Virus record (IMG/VR): IMGVR_UViG_3300045988_115146 | Length of the DNA stretch: 64,000 bases | Origin: a virus | Direction: 5' to 3' (one strand) | In this document: one piece after another, positions 27,296 to 36,455 of the stretch | Layout: each line of letters opens with the position of its first letter | Position numbering within the stretch: the stretch's first letter is position 1 | Notes under the pieces: generated by a model | What the model saw: the letters and a program-made list of their open reading frames with translations, nothing else | Database searches by the model: none | Told to the model about the DNA's origin: nothing | Made by a program: the position numbers and the translations under genes

Positions 27296-27941
27296 GTATC
27301 AAATTATGTTCACCGGTGTTTCTGGAGTAGGGAAAACTACTATAGCTAAAGAAATAGCCGAATTATTGAATATACCATTCATATCTGGGTCATATTCAGA
27401 TTTAGTACCAGAAACAAAAGATATGCCACATGCTGATATGATACAGCAAGATGCAAAAACAGTATTTATGCAAGATATGCAAGTATTGAATCTACGTAAC
27501 AAAGCTTTCCGAATGGAAGATAACTTTGTAACAGATAGATCATACTTTGATTCTGCAGCATATTTCATTAATAAGTTATCCCATAGAATTGAAGAATGTG
27601 ATCTAGATCATGCCATCAACTTATGTAGAATGTTACTTGGTCAACAGTGTACACATTTGATATTCATACCATTTTCGGATAAATTCTTTAATGAGTGGGT
27701 AACTGAGAATAATGGTAAAAGGGTATTGTCAAAGTACTACCAATATCAAGTATCTCAAATAATGTATGGTTTATTAAAAGTATGGGGATATAAACCAGAT
27801 TCAAAAATATATCAACTATGTAATGGAGTTCCCAATACAGGGGTGATGGATATAATGGGTTATAAGGTAAAAGTTCTCATACTTGATGAGATGAATCACG
27901 AAAAGAGAGAATACTTAATCAGGAAGTTTCTTCAGTTATGA
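27282..27941 (+). CDS. P-loop kinase (candidate dNMP kinase)
   Basis: MFTGVSGVGKTTIAKEIAELL Walker A at the N-terminus, about 210 aa, in a nucleotide/DNA metabolism context. Confidence 0.4.
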   Translation: MYHGKYQIMFTGVSGVGKTTIAKEIAELLNIPFISGSYSDLVPETKDMPHADMIQQDAKTVFMQDMQVLNLRNKAFRMEDNFVTDRSYFDSAAYFINKLSHRIEECDLDHAINLCRMLLGQQCTHLIFIPFSDKFFNEWVTENNGKRVLSKYYQYQVSQIMYGLLKVWGYKPDSKIYQLCNGVPNTGVMDIMGYKVKVLILDEMNHEKREYLIRKFLQL

Positions 27942-28900
27942 AGGTAATAGGAATAGCATTTTCTGACTTGCACTTAGGAGAATATTCTAAGTTCAATGAG
28001 GATAACAAGAGGACCCTGAATCATATAAGGGTCCTCTATTTGATTAAAGACTTATGTATCAAGTATAAATGTCCTGCATTCTTTTGCGGTGATTTTATGC
28101 ACCGTCCAGAATTTATAAGTACTTCACTGGATGAAATTATAATTGAACAGTTCGAAGAATTAAATAGGTGTGAAGAATTCAACATATATGGTATATCAGG
28201 GAATCATTGTATGCCAAAAGCTAATACCATAGAACACCGTTCTCCTTCACATTGGGCAAATTTATGTCGTAGGTATTCTTTCTTACACAATATAGATTTT
28301 TCATATCATGATTTTGGTAAGTTCAGAGTAGTAGGTATACCATATATTGATCACAATAATGGATTGGATGGTTTGATAAAATCTGAATTGAAAGGGGCTA
28401 TGTTAAAGCCAACCATATTATTGTTACATACAGACTACCCAGGAGCTAAAGATACAGATAACACTGAAGTTGGAACAGTAGAGAATTTGAATGTAAATTT
28501 ACTCTCTAAGTTCAAATTAGTATTGATAGGTCATATACATAAACCTCAAAGGTTAGGGAAGAAAGTATACATGGTAGGGGCTCCTTTACAACAGAGAAGA
28601 ACAGATCGTAATTGTAAACTTGGATATTGGAAAATATATGAAGACTTCTCAATGGAATTCAAGCCATTCAAATGCTTCCCAAAATTCATAGATGTATCAT
28701 CAGAAGATGAAATTATGGATGATGGTAATTACTATACGGTCATTGCTAGTAAGTCTAAAGTTATGGAAGTAGAAGATACCCCTCAAATAACCAGGGAACT
28801 TTCTAAGAAATCAATGGTACGAAAATATATGAAAGCTAATGGCATAAAAGATAAGAAAAAGAAGGCTACATTATTAAAGGTAATAAAGGAAGCAGAATGA
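27938..28900 (+). CDS. Mre11/SbcD-like nuclease
   Basis: Calcineurin-type phosphoesterase motifs FSDLHLG, GDFMH, GNHC, GHIH. Confidence 0.8.
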   Translation: MKVIGIAFSDLHLGEYSKFNEDNKRTLNHIRVLYLIKDLCIKYKCPAFFCGDFMHRPEFISTSLDEIIIEQFEELNRCEEFNIYGISGNHCMPKANTIEHRSPSHWANLCRRYSFLHNIDFSYHDFGKFRVVGIPYIDHNNGLDGLIKSELKGAMLKPTILLLHTDYPGAKDTDNTEVGTVENLNVNLLSKFKLVLIGHIHKPQRLGKKVYMVGAPLQQRRTDRNCKLGYWKIYEDFSMEFKPFKCFPKFIDVSSEDEIMDDGNYYTVIASKSKVMEVEDTPQITRELSKKSMVRKYMKANGIKDKKKKATLLKVIKEAE

Positions 28901-30612
28901 TACAGTTTGGTAATATCATTATAGAAGGTTTCTGTTCTATACCATATTTAGAATTAAACCTTGGTTTAAGGGGAATAACCGTAATAAGGGGAGCTACTGG
29001 AGAAGGTAAGACTACAATCTTATCAGCTTTAGTATGGGCAGTATATGGTAAGAATATAAAAGGTAAGTCGGATGTTAATACCTGGGAGAAATACAGGCAA
29101 AAGAATTATCAAGGTACAAAGGTAGAGATATACTTTAGTAAAAGTGGAAAGATCCATAAGATAACCCGTTGCCTTAAATATAAAGGTGAAGTGAATGGAG
29201 CAAAGGGTAAAGACAGACTCATATATGAGATAGATGCTATAGAGGTATCAGATAAAAATAAGAATGACATACAGGCGCTTATAGTAGCCGATTTAGGTAT
29301 GTCTTATGACCTTTTCATGAATTCAATAATGTTTGGTCAGGGAATGAAAAGGTTAATACAGGAATCACCATCTGATAAGAAAGACTTGTTTGAGGAGATA
29401 TTTGAATTGGGGTATATCTCTAAGGCAAGGGAAATTGCTAAGGGATACTACACTAAATCATTAGAAGAGTATAATGATACCCATCAGAAATATTACTCAA
29501 TCAAAGAAAAGAGACAGTCAGTGCAAAGGATGCTTGATGACTTAAAAGAACAAGCCAAACATATAAAGACTGATCTGTCTTCAAAGATAAAATCCTTAGA
29601 AAAGAAATTATCCATGCTAGCTAAGGCTAAAAAGTCAAATGAACTTAAGGATACAGTAACTCAGAAGAACCTAATTGAACAAAAGATACAAGAAGCAAGG
29701 GATTCTCAAAAGGAATTACTTGATAAAATAAATGATGCCAGGAGTAAAACTAAGGTATCTCTAGAAGAGTTTATTGGTATTATTATAAAGTTATTAAAGA
29801 AAGGGGATATTAAGAACTCTTTGAAACGTCTAATGGATGTTAAAAAAGCATTCGGAGACATAGAGAAGTTTCAAGATAAATATTCCAGGATATCAGATAG
29901 CATATCAAGCTATCGTGATCAGTTAGAGGATATAAAAGATAAAGAATACGAATCAAAAAAGGTACAAAGAGATATAGACAACATAGAGGCTGAAATCAAA
30001 AATTTATCATCAGAGAAAAAAACTGGTGTTAACGTAAGCCTTATTAAGAAGTATAAAGAACAATTATCTACCTTAACAGATAAGTTGTCTGATATAGAAA
30101 ATCAGATGGAAGAGAAAAAAGTAGTGGTAGATAATTATAAATGGGTGATGGATGATCCACTCGGTAACAGAGGAATAAAGGCATTCTTATTTGAGAGCTC
30201 ATTAGATATATTGAATGAGACTCTTGATTCATATTCTGAAGTATTGGGATTCAGTATACTGTTCTATGTGGATATACAAGGTGTGAAGAAAGACTTCAAT
30301 ACCCAAATCATAATGGATGGTATAGAAGTATCATACGAAGAATTATCTGGAGGCCAACGACAATTGGTTAATTTAGCTATGGCTTTTGCCATGAATGAAG
30401 TGATGACTAAAGCTAAGGGTATAAATATAGCATTCTTGGATGAGGTATTTGAAAACCTTAGTTCAGAATATATTGATTTAGTGATAGGTTTAATACGAAA
30501 AATATACAGAGATAAAACCCTATACTTAATCTCACATCAAGAATCACTTCCAATACCAAATGCCAGGGTGCTTACTGTGACCAGAGAGAGGGGCCTTTCA
30601 CAATACCAATAA
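28897..30612 (+). CDS. Rad50/SbcC-like ATPase
   Basis: Walker A GATGEGKTT, central coiled coil, signature LSGGQRQ, Walker B AFLDEVF. ATGA-coupled to the Mre11-like gene. Confidence 0.8.
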   Translation: MIQFGNIIIEGFCSIPYLELNLGLRGITVIRGATGEGKTTILSALVWAVYGKNIKGKSDVNTWEKYRQKNYQGTKVEIYFSKSGKIHKITRCLKYKGEVNGAKGKDRLIYEIDAIEVSDKNKNDIQALIVADLGMSYDLFMNSIMFGQGMKRLIQESPSDKKDLFEEIFELGYISKAREIAKGYYTKSLEEYNDTHQKYYSIKEKRQSVQRMLDDLKEQAKHIKTDLSSKIKSLEKKLSMLAKAKKSNELKDTVTQKNLIEQKIQEARDSQKELLDKINDARSKTKVSLEEFIGIIIKLLKKGDIKNSLKRLMDVKKAFGDIEKFQDKYSRISDSISSYRDQLEDIKDKEYESKKVQRDIDNIEAEIKNLSSEKKTGVNVSLIKKYKEQLSTLTDKLSDIENQMEEKKVVVDNYKWVMDDPLGNRGIKAFLFESSLDILNETLDSYSEVLGFSILFYVDIQGVKKDFNTQIIMDGIEVSYEELSGGQRQLVNLAMAFAMNEVMTKAKGINIAFLDEVFENLSSEYIDLVIGLIRKIYRDKTLYLISHQESLPIPNARVLTVTRERGLSQYQ

Positions 30613-30640
30613 TGACTATTGGTCATAAAGGTATAAAATC

Positions 30641-31168
30641 ATGAGAAAGAACAGTAAAAGCAAAGGTAATCGATTTGAAAGATCTGTTTGCAAGGCATTC
30701 CAAAATTGGTCAGGATATGAATTTTCTAGAACTCCAGCTAGTGGTGGATTAAGGTGGAAAAAAGCCGATAACATATCTTCAGATGTAGTATGTTCTGATC
30801 CAAAACATGCAAAAAGATTTTCTCTATCTATAGAGTGTAAGAGTTATCATGATATAAAATTTGAGCATCTGTTACTTGGTATGAAGAGTTGTAAAATAGA
30901 CAGTTTTTGGAATCAAGCTAACAGAGATGCAGAAAGGGCTAAGAAAATACCTGTATTAATAATGAGGTATAATTCTATGCCCAAAGATGAAGCTTTCTTT
31001 ATGGTAAATGAAGAAGTGGATAATTTTTTGAAGAATCAATCACCAGAAATTTCCAGAATGGAAGTGAGCACTCCAAAGATACATGTTTTTGTTTACATGT
31101 TCAAGGAAGTTCAAAGATTGATAAATTATGGAGATTTACATAAGTATGTACGTAAATTGATTAAGTAA
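30641..31168 (+). CDS. Hjc-like PD-(D/E)XK nuclease, candidate Holliday junction resolvase
   Basis: KGNRFERSVCKAF...RTPASGG...SDVVC...SIECKS parallels the archaeal Hjc KG..fER...R..gSG..D...iE.KS pattern. Confidence 0.5.
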   Translation: MRKNSKSKGNRFERSVCKAFQNWSGYEFSRTPASGGLRWKKADNISSDVVCSDPKHAKRFSLSIECKSYHDIKFEHLLLGMKSCKIDSFWNQANRDAERAKKIPVLIMRYNSMPKDEAFFMVNEEVDNFLKNQSPEISRMEVSTPKIHVFVYMFKEVQRLINYGDLHKYVRKLIK

Positions 31169-31169
31169 T

Positions 31170-31880
31170 ATGAAGACCCCCTATGTATACTGTATATTCA
31201 GGCTTGATAGGAAGTTCTATAAAAGGATTAACTCTGACTTAAAAAGTAGGGGGTATAAAAATGTGAAGGCAATTATCCCTACTATAAGCGTATTAAAGAA
31301 ATCACGTAAAGGTAATAATGAGTACGATGATGTTCCATTATTATTCAACTATGGATTCTTACGAATGAAGCCAGAAAAAGCCTTCGATAGATATTATTTG
31401 AACAAACTAAAGAGAGATATCCCAGGTATACTGTCATTCTTAAAATCCCTAGATTATAGGCCAAAAAGGAAAAGGCTAAGAGTTGACAATGCTGAAGACT
31501 TTGATGATTATTCTGTAGTGGCTACAATAACCAAAGAGGAAGTGAAAAAATACCGAAAGATGTCTAAAGCAAACAAGATATTTTCGGCTGACGATATAAC
31601 AAGAGTAGCAATTGGTGATTATGTAGTACTTAGAGGATATCCATTTGAAGGAATACCTGCAATATTATTAGAAAATAACCTAACTACCAAAATGATGCTA
31701 GTTAGGTTATATCCAGAGATGGATGGTAGTTTAGAAATAGAAGTACCAAGAGAAAATGTACTATACTCTGCTTATCATGAGTCAGATGAATATAAAATGT
31801 ATTCTGCAGACTACGATGTTGATTTGTCACAAATACCAGATGGTAGTACAGAAGAAATTCTAATGAACAAACAATACTGA
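31170..31880 (+). CDS. NusG/UpxY-like transcription elongation factor (NGN + KOW)
   Basis: YVYCIFRLDRKFYKRINSDLKSRGYKNVKAIIPT...VPLLFNYGFLRM resembles the NGN domain (WY.v....e..v...l...ip....pLFpgYvF). IGDYVVLRGYPFEGIPAIL resembles KOW. Confidence 0.5.
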   Translation: MKTPYVYCIFRLDRKFYKRINSDLKSRGYKNVKAIIPTISVLKKSRKGNNEYDDVPLLFNYGFLRMKPEKAFDRYYLNKLKRDIPGILSFLKSLDYRPKRKRLRVDNAEDFDDYSVVATITKEEVKKYRKMSKANKIFSADDITRVAIGDYVVLRGYPFEGIPAILLENNLTTKMMLVRLYPEMDGSLEIEVPRENVLYSAYHESDEYKMYSADYDVDLSQIPDGSTEEILMNKQY

Positions 31881-31882
31881 AT

Positions 31883-32812
31883 ATGGAAAGACATCAAGAA
31901 TTAGCTTGGGATTGTTTGACTGATGCAGAAGAGAATAGCCTTATGTTCATACAAGGGAAAGGTCTATCAACTTGGGAAGCTGGAGAAATTTTAAAGATGC
32001 CTCATTATAAGTATTTAGAACTTAAGGCAAGGGCAGAAAAGTTTTTTAAGTTGTTCTCTGACTACTTCGAATTACATCCATCATTGGTAAACCCAAAATC
32101 ACCCATTGAGCCAAGGTTCAGAGATTACTTATTCGGGGCAATGATTAAAAGATTATCAAAGGAAGAAGCAAAAATACACTCAGGAGATTCATCTTGGTTA
32201 TTAACATCCATAACTAACTCAAGAATAATAACCAATATGAAAAGGCTTAAAGAATCAGGGAATAAGTGGGATAAAGACTTATATGCTCTGATTCTTGAGT
32301 TTGATAGGTGGAATAATTATAGGATATTACCAAGAATATTGCAAGCTCCATCTGCATATAAGAGAAGGTCAACCAAGAAAGATAAGGTATATTTATCGTA
32401 TCTTCATAGAATACCCGACTTTAAGATAAGGCAGTTGATAACTGAGTATTGGAAAAATGGTCCTTCTGGTAGAAGGTATTTTACAGCTATAGTATCAGAT
32501 GAACTTTTCCCAGAAGAAGGGTATGGTGTAATGCCCATAAAAAGATCTGATTATGTTATTAAGGCTATAACAGATTTAAGGATATACATATTCGAAAGCC
32601 AGACCATTGCAGATACTTTCGGATTTTTGGTGACAAGATACTTTGAAAAAACTGTTGATAGTAAAGGTGGATTGAAGTTCTGGAAAGAGTACAGAGAAAT
32701 AATCCAGAAATCTATTAACTACAAATCAATAAATAACATGGATTTTACATGTGAGACTCTAGATACTGCCTATAAATTACACAGGAAGAGGAATCTAGTA
32801 TCAAACTCTTAG
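31883..32812 (+). CDS. Hypothetical protein with N-terminal sigma region-4-like HTH
   Basis: LTDAEENSLMFIQGKGLSTWEAGEILKMPHYKYLELKARAEKFF looks like a region 4/LuxR-type HTH. Rest unassigned. Confidence 0.3.
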   Translation: MERHQELAWDCLTDAEENSLMFIQGKGLSTWEAGEILKMPHYKYLELKARAEKFFKLFSDYFELHPSLVNPKSPIEPRFRDYLFGAMIKRLSKEEAKIHSGDSSWLLTSITNSRIITNMKRLKESGNKWDKDLYALILEFDRWNNYRILPRILQAPSAYKRRSTKKDKVYLSYLHRIPDFKIRQLITEYWKNGPSGRRYFTAIVSDELFPEEGYGVMPIKRSDYVIKAITDLRIYIFESQTIADTFGFLVTRYFEKTVDSKGGLKFWKEYREIIQKSINYKSINNMDFTCETLDTAYKLHRKRNLVSNS

Positions 32813-32829
32813 AATTTTTATACAGATAT

Positions 32830-32860
32830 TTTGTAACTTCGATAAATTTGTTTATATTTG
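32830..32860 (+). promoter_or_regulatory. Bacteroidota sigma-A type promoter (-33 TTTG / -7 TATATTTG)
   Basis: TTTG 32830-32833, 19-nt spacer, TATATTTG 32853-32860, 42 nt upstream of ATG 32902. Leader AATGAAGAAATAA shared with the promoter at 44601. Confidence 0.6.
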
Positions 32861-32901
32861 CAATGAAGAAATAATAAATATAATTTTATACTTATATTAA
32901 T

Positions 32902-33468
32902 ATGCGCAAAGGAAAGAAAAAGGACAAAAGGCCCTTAAAACTAAACAAAGAGAAGATCAAGGTAATGGGTAGTGGGTTAGAAAATATGACCTACAAAGAT
33001 ATGAAGAGAAGGGCAGTTTCTCTTGGTATGCCATTCCCAGATGCTTGTTCTGCAGACTACAATGGGTTGGCTTCATATATTCATCATTCGAATAATAAGC
33101 CAGACAATTCCCTCATTGATGAATATGATAAGTGGATGGATAATCAACTTGAATTAGCAGGTTATGCTAAAGATGATCCAATGAGAAGTTATCAACTTAA
33201 TCTCGGATTTATCAGTGAGGATACTGTAACAAAGCAGAAGAAGACAAAGAGGATTAAAGGATTAGAGAAACCAAAGAAACCCAAGAAAGAAAAGGATGAT
33301 AACGGTCTTTGGAAAGGAACTAAGAAATCATATGTTTTTGAGCTAACATATAAAGGATTACCAATAGATCGTATTATCAGAAGAGTACAAAAGAAATTCC
33401 CGGATGCTAAAGAAAAGTCAATTCAGCAATGGTATAGGGCAGCACTACGTAAACAAAAGAAAGAATAG
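32902..33468 (+). CDS. Lys-rich basic hypothetical protein
   Basis: First gene after promoter. KKKDKRPLKLNKEK and KKTKRIKGLEKPKKPKKEK tracts. Confidence 0.5.
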   Translation: MRKGKKKDKRPLKLNKEKIKVMGSGLENMTYKDMKRRAVSLGMPFPDACSADYNGLASYIHHSNNKPDNSLIDEYDKWMDNQLELAGYAKDDPMRSYQLNLGFISEDTVTKQKKTKRIKGLEKPKKPKKEKDDNGLWKGTKKSYVFELTYKGLPIDRIIRRVQKKFPDAKEKSIQQWYRAALRKQKKE

Positions 33469-33474
33469 GTATAT

Positions 33475-34305
33475 ATGCCAAGAATATGGTATTTTCATAG
33501 TCATGACGATTTTGAGGAAGCTTGTTATAAGCTTGGTATACCATGGGTACCACCTGCTATAATAAATAACTCCAGTATATATTTTAAGCAGCTGTGGCTG
33601 AGAAAAGTACTTATGGGTAAGATAAAGATCCATAAGTATAGGCAAAGAGATAAACGTTTTCTAGACAGATACAAAGAATGTATTAAAGAAGCTACAGTAG
33701 TAAATGGAGCAATAGATCCTGATTCATTACCGCCAGATGTAAGAGCTTATTACTTCGAGAAAAAGAGAAGAGCTGATTTTCATAGGAGACATGGTAAGTT
33801 AATAAGGGAGATGGATGTTAAGATATATCTCCATAAATGGTATCCATGGTCTTATAATTACAAGGGGGAACCAGCGGTAGTATTACAGGGATTTTATTCA
33901 TTAAAGGCTGCTAGACAAAGGTTCTTAATTTATTACGGTAGAGAAAACCTAAGATCAGTTCATTGGATAAAAGGAAAGACTGCCTTAGAAAAGAAATTTG
34001 TAATAGGTAAATCTCTTTTGATAGGTGGAAAACGTAAAAAGCCGATTTCTAAGATACTGCTTACTGAGGCATATAGAAATGCAAAATCTAGTGCTCAAAG
34101 AACTCTTGGTGAAAGACTTGCTAGAAAGAAAAGACTTAGTTCACAACAAAAAGAGAAATACTTTATAAATCTGGTAGAGAAGTTTAATTATGGAGCAAAA
34201 GAATATAGAACTTTACTCAAAGCTGTTCCAGAAAAGCTTGTTAAGCTATCGAAGGCTAAAGAGACTGAGTCTAAAAGAAAGAAAACTCTTTACAAAGAAG
34301 AGTGA
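33475..34305 (+). CDS. Basic hypothetical protein
   Basis: 276-aa co-directional ORF, Arg/Lys-rich. No motif recognised. Confidence 0.5.
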   Translation: MPRIWYFHSHDDFEEACYKLGIPWVPPAIINNSSIYFKQLWLRKVLMGKIKIHKYRQRDKRFLDRYKECIKEATVVNGAIDPDSLPPDVRAYYFEKKRRADFHRRHGKLIREMDVKIYLHKWYPWSYNYKGEPAVVLQGFYSLKAARQRFLIYYGRENLRSVHWIKGKTALEKKFVIGKSLLIGGKRKKPISKILLTEAYRNAKSSAQRTLGERLARKKRLSSQQKEKYFINLVEKFNYGAKEYRTLLKAVPEKLVKLSKAKETESKRKKTLYKEE

Positions 34306-34735
34306 TTTGGGATGGGGTCAAATAAAAGTAGCTCTTGCATATAAATCCATAACTAAACGGTCTACCATAAGTTCTATCAGATGGACTAAAAGACATTGGG
34401 ATGAATATAAAAAGGCAGTATCCCAAAGACTGGGTGATATGCCACAAGTAAGGAGACTCCTAAAAGAAGAGTTTATTCTCAAAGAACTATTAATTCAGGG
34501 ATTTGTTCCAATGTCAGAGTTTCCTATGAAAATGAAGACAGGGTGGTATGCTTATTTAGTAACTAACAGAAAAGTATGTGGGGATTACTATATATATCCT
34601 GAACATTTTGCTCATGATTATAGGGCATATAAAAAAGGTTATAGGGATATTCATATTGCTCTAAATTCAGGTATAGGACAAGAAGGATATACTAGAATCT
34701 ATTACACTGCATATAAAAACGGAATAGCTAAATGA
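34190..34735 (+). CDS. Hypothetical protein (start uncertain)
   Basis: ORF overlaps the upstream gene by 116 nt in another frame. True start probably downstream of 34305 (TTG 34313 or Met at GDMPQV). Confidence 0.4.
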   Translation: MEQKNIELYSKLFQKSLLSYRRLKRLSLKERKLFTKKSDLGWGQIKVALAYKSITKRSTISSIRWTKRHWDEYKKAVSQRLGDMPQVRRLLKEEFILKELLIQGFVPMSEFPMKMKTGWYAYLVTNRKVCGDYYIYPEHFAHDYRAYKKGYRDIHIALNSGIGQEGYTRIYYTAYKNGIAK

Positions 34736-34992
34736 CGGTAGTAAAAAAGAAAGAGCCTGAAAATCCCTGGGATGGTATAAAGCTCATAGTGGGAGTTAAA
34801 AAGTATTATACAGAAACAGATAAGGCAGTTGATGATAATTTTACTCAAGAAGGTGAACCCTTTGAGGTAAAAGATCAAAATGAATTCACTCAAAAGTTGG
34901 AGGCTATCAGAGATAAAAACGTATTCTTGAAAGCTATAGCAGTCCAAGAAAATAAAGAGATATATACTCAAAAGTTTATTACAAAACTATAA
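34732..34992 (+). CDS. Hypothetical protein
   Basis: ATGA-coupled to the upstream ORF. Confidence 0.45.
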   Translation: MTVVKKKEPENPWDGIKLIVGVKKYYTETDKAVDDNFTQEGEPFEVKDQNEFTQKLEAIRDKNVFLKAIAVQENKEIYTQKFITKL

Positions 34993-35034
34993 TCAATCAA
35001 ACAGTTTTCAAACAACTTTTTAATTAATTCAATT

Positions 35035-35586
35035 ATGGCAAAGAAAAAAGCTGCAGCAGCAAAAGAGGTAGAACGCAAGGTTCTCTCTAATGGTGTAATT
35101 CTCATCAAGTATGATGACGGTTCCTATGCACTTCTGACTCCTATTTCGGCTGAAGATTCTGAAGATGTATTTGGCGGAGAAGCTGAGGAATCTGATGACG
35201 ATGATTCGGATGAAGATGAGGAATCTGATGACGATGATTCGGATGAAGATGAGGAAGAAGGTGATGATGATGACGAAGAGGATGAAGATGAAGACGATTC
35301 TGATGATGACGAAGAGGATGATTCTGAAGATTCGGATGAAGATGAAGATGACTCAGACGATGAGGAATCTGATGACGAAGATGAAGTAACTCCCGAGGAT
35401 CTGGCCGAAATGGATTTTGAGGCTCTTGAAGATCTTTGCGATGACAAGGAACTCGAAACAGATCCTGATGAGTTTGATGAAGAGGATGTAGAGAAACTTC
35501 GTAAGGCAGTAGCTAAGGAGTTGGGTATTGCTTTGCCCAAGGCAAAGGCTGCTTCTAAGAAAGACACTAAGAAAAAGAAGAAGTAA
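35035..35586 (+). CDS. Polyacidic protein (about 110-residue Asp/Glu/Ser tract) with Lys-rich termini
   Basis: MAKKKAAAAKE..., then EESDDDDSDEDEESDDDDSDEDEEEGDDDDEEDEDEDDSDDDEEDDSEDSDEDEDDSDDEESDDEDE, ends KKDTKKKKK. GC visibly higher than in neighbouring genes. Confidence 0.7.
   Translation: MAKKKAAAAKEVERKVLSNGVILIKYDDGSYALLTPISAEDSEDVFGGEAEESDDDDSDEDEESDDDDSDEDEEEGDDDDEEDEDEDDSDDDEEDDSEDSDEDEDDSDDEESDDEDEVTPEDLAEMDFEALEDLCDDKELETDPDEFDEEDVEKLRKAVAKELGIALPKAKAASKKDTKKKKK
35185..35250 (+). repeat. Perfect 33-nt tandem duplication inside the polyacidic gene
   Basis: GAGGAATCTGATGACGATGATTCGGATGAAGAT at 35185-35217 and again at 35218-35250 (EESDDDDSDED x2). Confidence 0.95.
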
Positions 35587-35614
35587 AGGTAATTCCGACT
35601 ATAACCAAATCCAA

Positions 35615-35685
35615 GGGAACTTCAAGTTACAATATAGTTAAATTTCATAGGTGATAATAGGCAATAAACTTGAAGTTCCCTTTTT
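35615..35685 (+). terminator. Long-loop hairpin terminator
   Basis: GGGAACTTCAAGTT (35615-28) pairs with AACTTGAAGTTCCC (35667-80), followed by TTTTT. Confidence 0.55.
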
Positions 35686-35714
35686 CAAAGAAACCCATAA
35701 AATAAATTAAAGAT

Positions 35715-36137
35715 ATGGCAACTAAGAAAAAGGCAGTAGAAGCAAAGGCTGCAAAAACTAAGACTAAGAAAAGCGGTAAGAAGGAATTGACCGCAGAGGA
35801 GAAGAAGGCCAAACGTGAGGCCATGAAGGAGCGACTCAAGAACCGGGCACCTGGTCAGCGACCCAACAGCAAGCAGTGCGATATTATCGACCTTGGTGGT
35901 GGTAACGTAGTAAAGACCTTTGCCATGAACGTACGTAAGTACGGTGTCCTCATTACGTCGGTAGTAACCGATAAGGATGGTAAGGTAATTGCTGTCTCGA
36001 ATGAGACAATCCCTGGCGTATCGGTTAAGTCCAAGAAGGAGCACGGGAACCTTGTTCCTAAGATGCCCGGTATGGGTAAGAAAGGCAAGGAAGCCGAGGA
36101 AATCGTGGACGATGAGGATGATGAAGATGAGGAGTAG
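35715..36137 (+). CDS. Histone H1-like Lys/Ala-rich protein with acidic tail
   Basis: MATKKKAVEAKAAKTKTKKSGKKELTAEEKKAKREAMKERLK N-terminus, C-terminal DDEDDEDEE. GC-richer codons. Confidence 0.55.
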   Translation: MATKKKAVEAKAAKTKTKKSGKKELTAEEKKAKREAMKERLKNRAPGQRPNSKQCDIIDLGGGNVVKTFAMNVRKYGVLITSVVTDKDGKVIAVSNETIPGVSVKSKKEHGNLVPKMPGMGKKGKEAEEIVDDEDDEDEE

Positions 36138-36183
36138 GCTTTATGCCAAATAACCGATTCTGACTTCAGTTTTGAGTCATGCA

Positions 36184-36225
36184 GGGGAGGTCATCCAAGT
36201 AGCCTGGGTGAACCTCCCCATTTTG
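36184..36225 (+). terminator. Rho-independent terminator
   Basis: GGGGAGGT / ACCTCCCC 8-bp GC-rich stem, then ATTTTG. Confidence 0.7.
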
Positions 36226-36236
36226 TATAGAAATAT

Positions 36237-36455
36237 ATGCAAGAAGACGATGATATTATATACCTGGCATTATGTAATCAATTGCAATCATATCAGCTAT
36301 TGCTAGAGGAAGAAAAAGATCTTTCCGAAGAAAATAGAATGATGGCGGAATATATTATCTCTAGAACATTGCATTTGATTGAAATATATGCCCAGAAAAT
36401 AGGAAGTGATACCTCTATTCAAAAACCAAAATGGGACAATTTAACTCGTCAGTAA
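36237..36455 (+). CDS. Hypothetical protein
   Basis: Co-directional 72-aa ORF. No motif recognised. Confidence 0.45.
   Translation: MQEDDDIIYLALCNQLQSYQLLLEEEKDLSEENRMMAEYIISRTLHLIEIYAQKIGSDTSIQKPKWDNLTRQ

Noticed and set aside
35124-35567. 147-aa Ser-rich ORF on the minus strand, plus a 74-aa Met/Lys/Arg-rich ORF in another plus frame (35165-35389)
   Set aside because: Both are mirror or shifted readings of the GAT/GAA/GAC repeat tract of the polyacidic gene. TCATC repeats give poly-Ser on the opposite strand. There are no independent signals for either.
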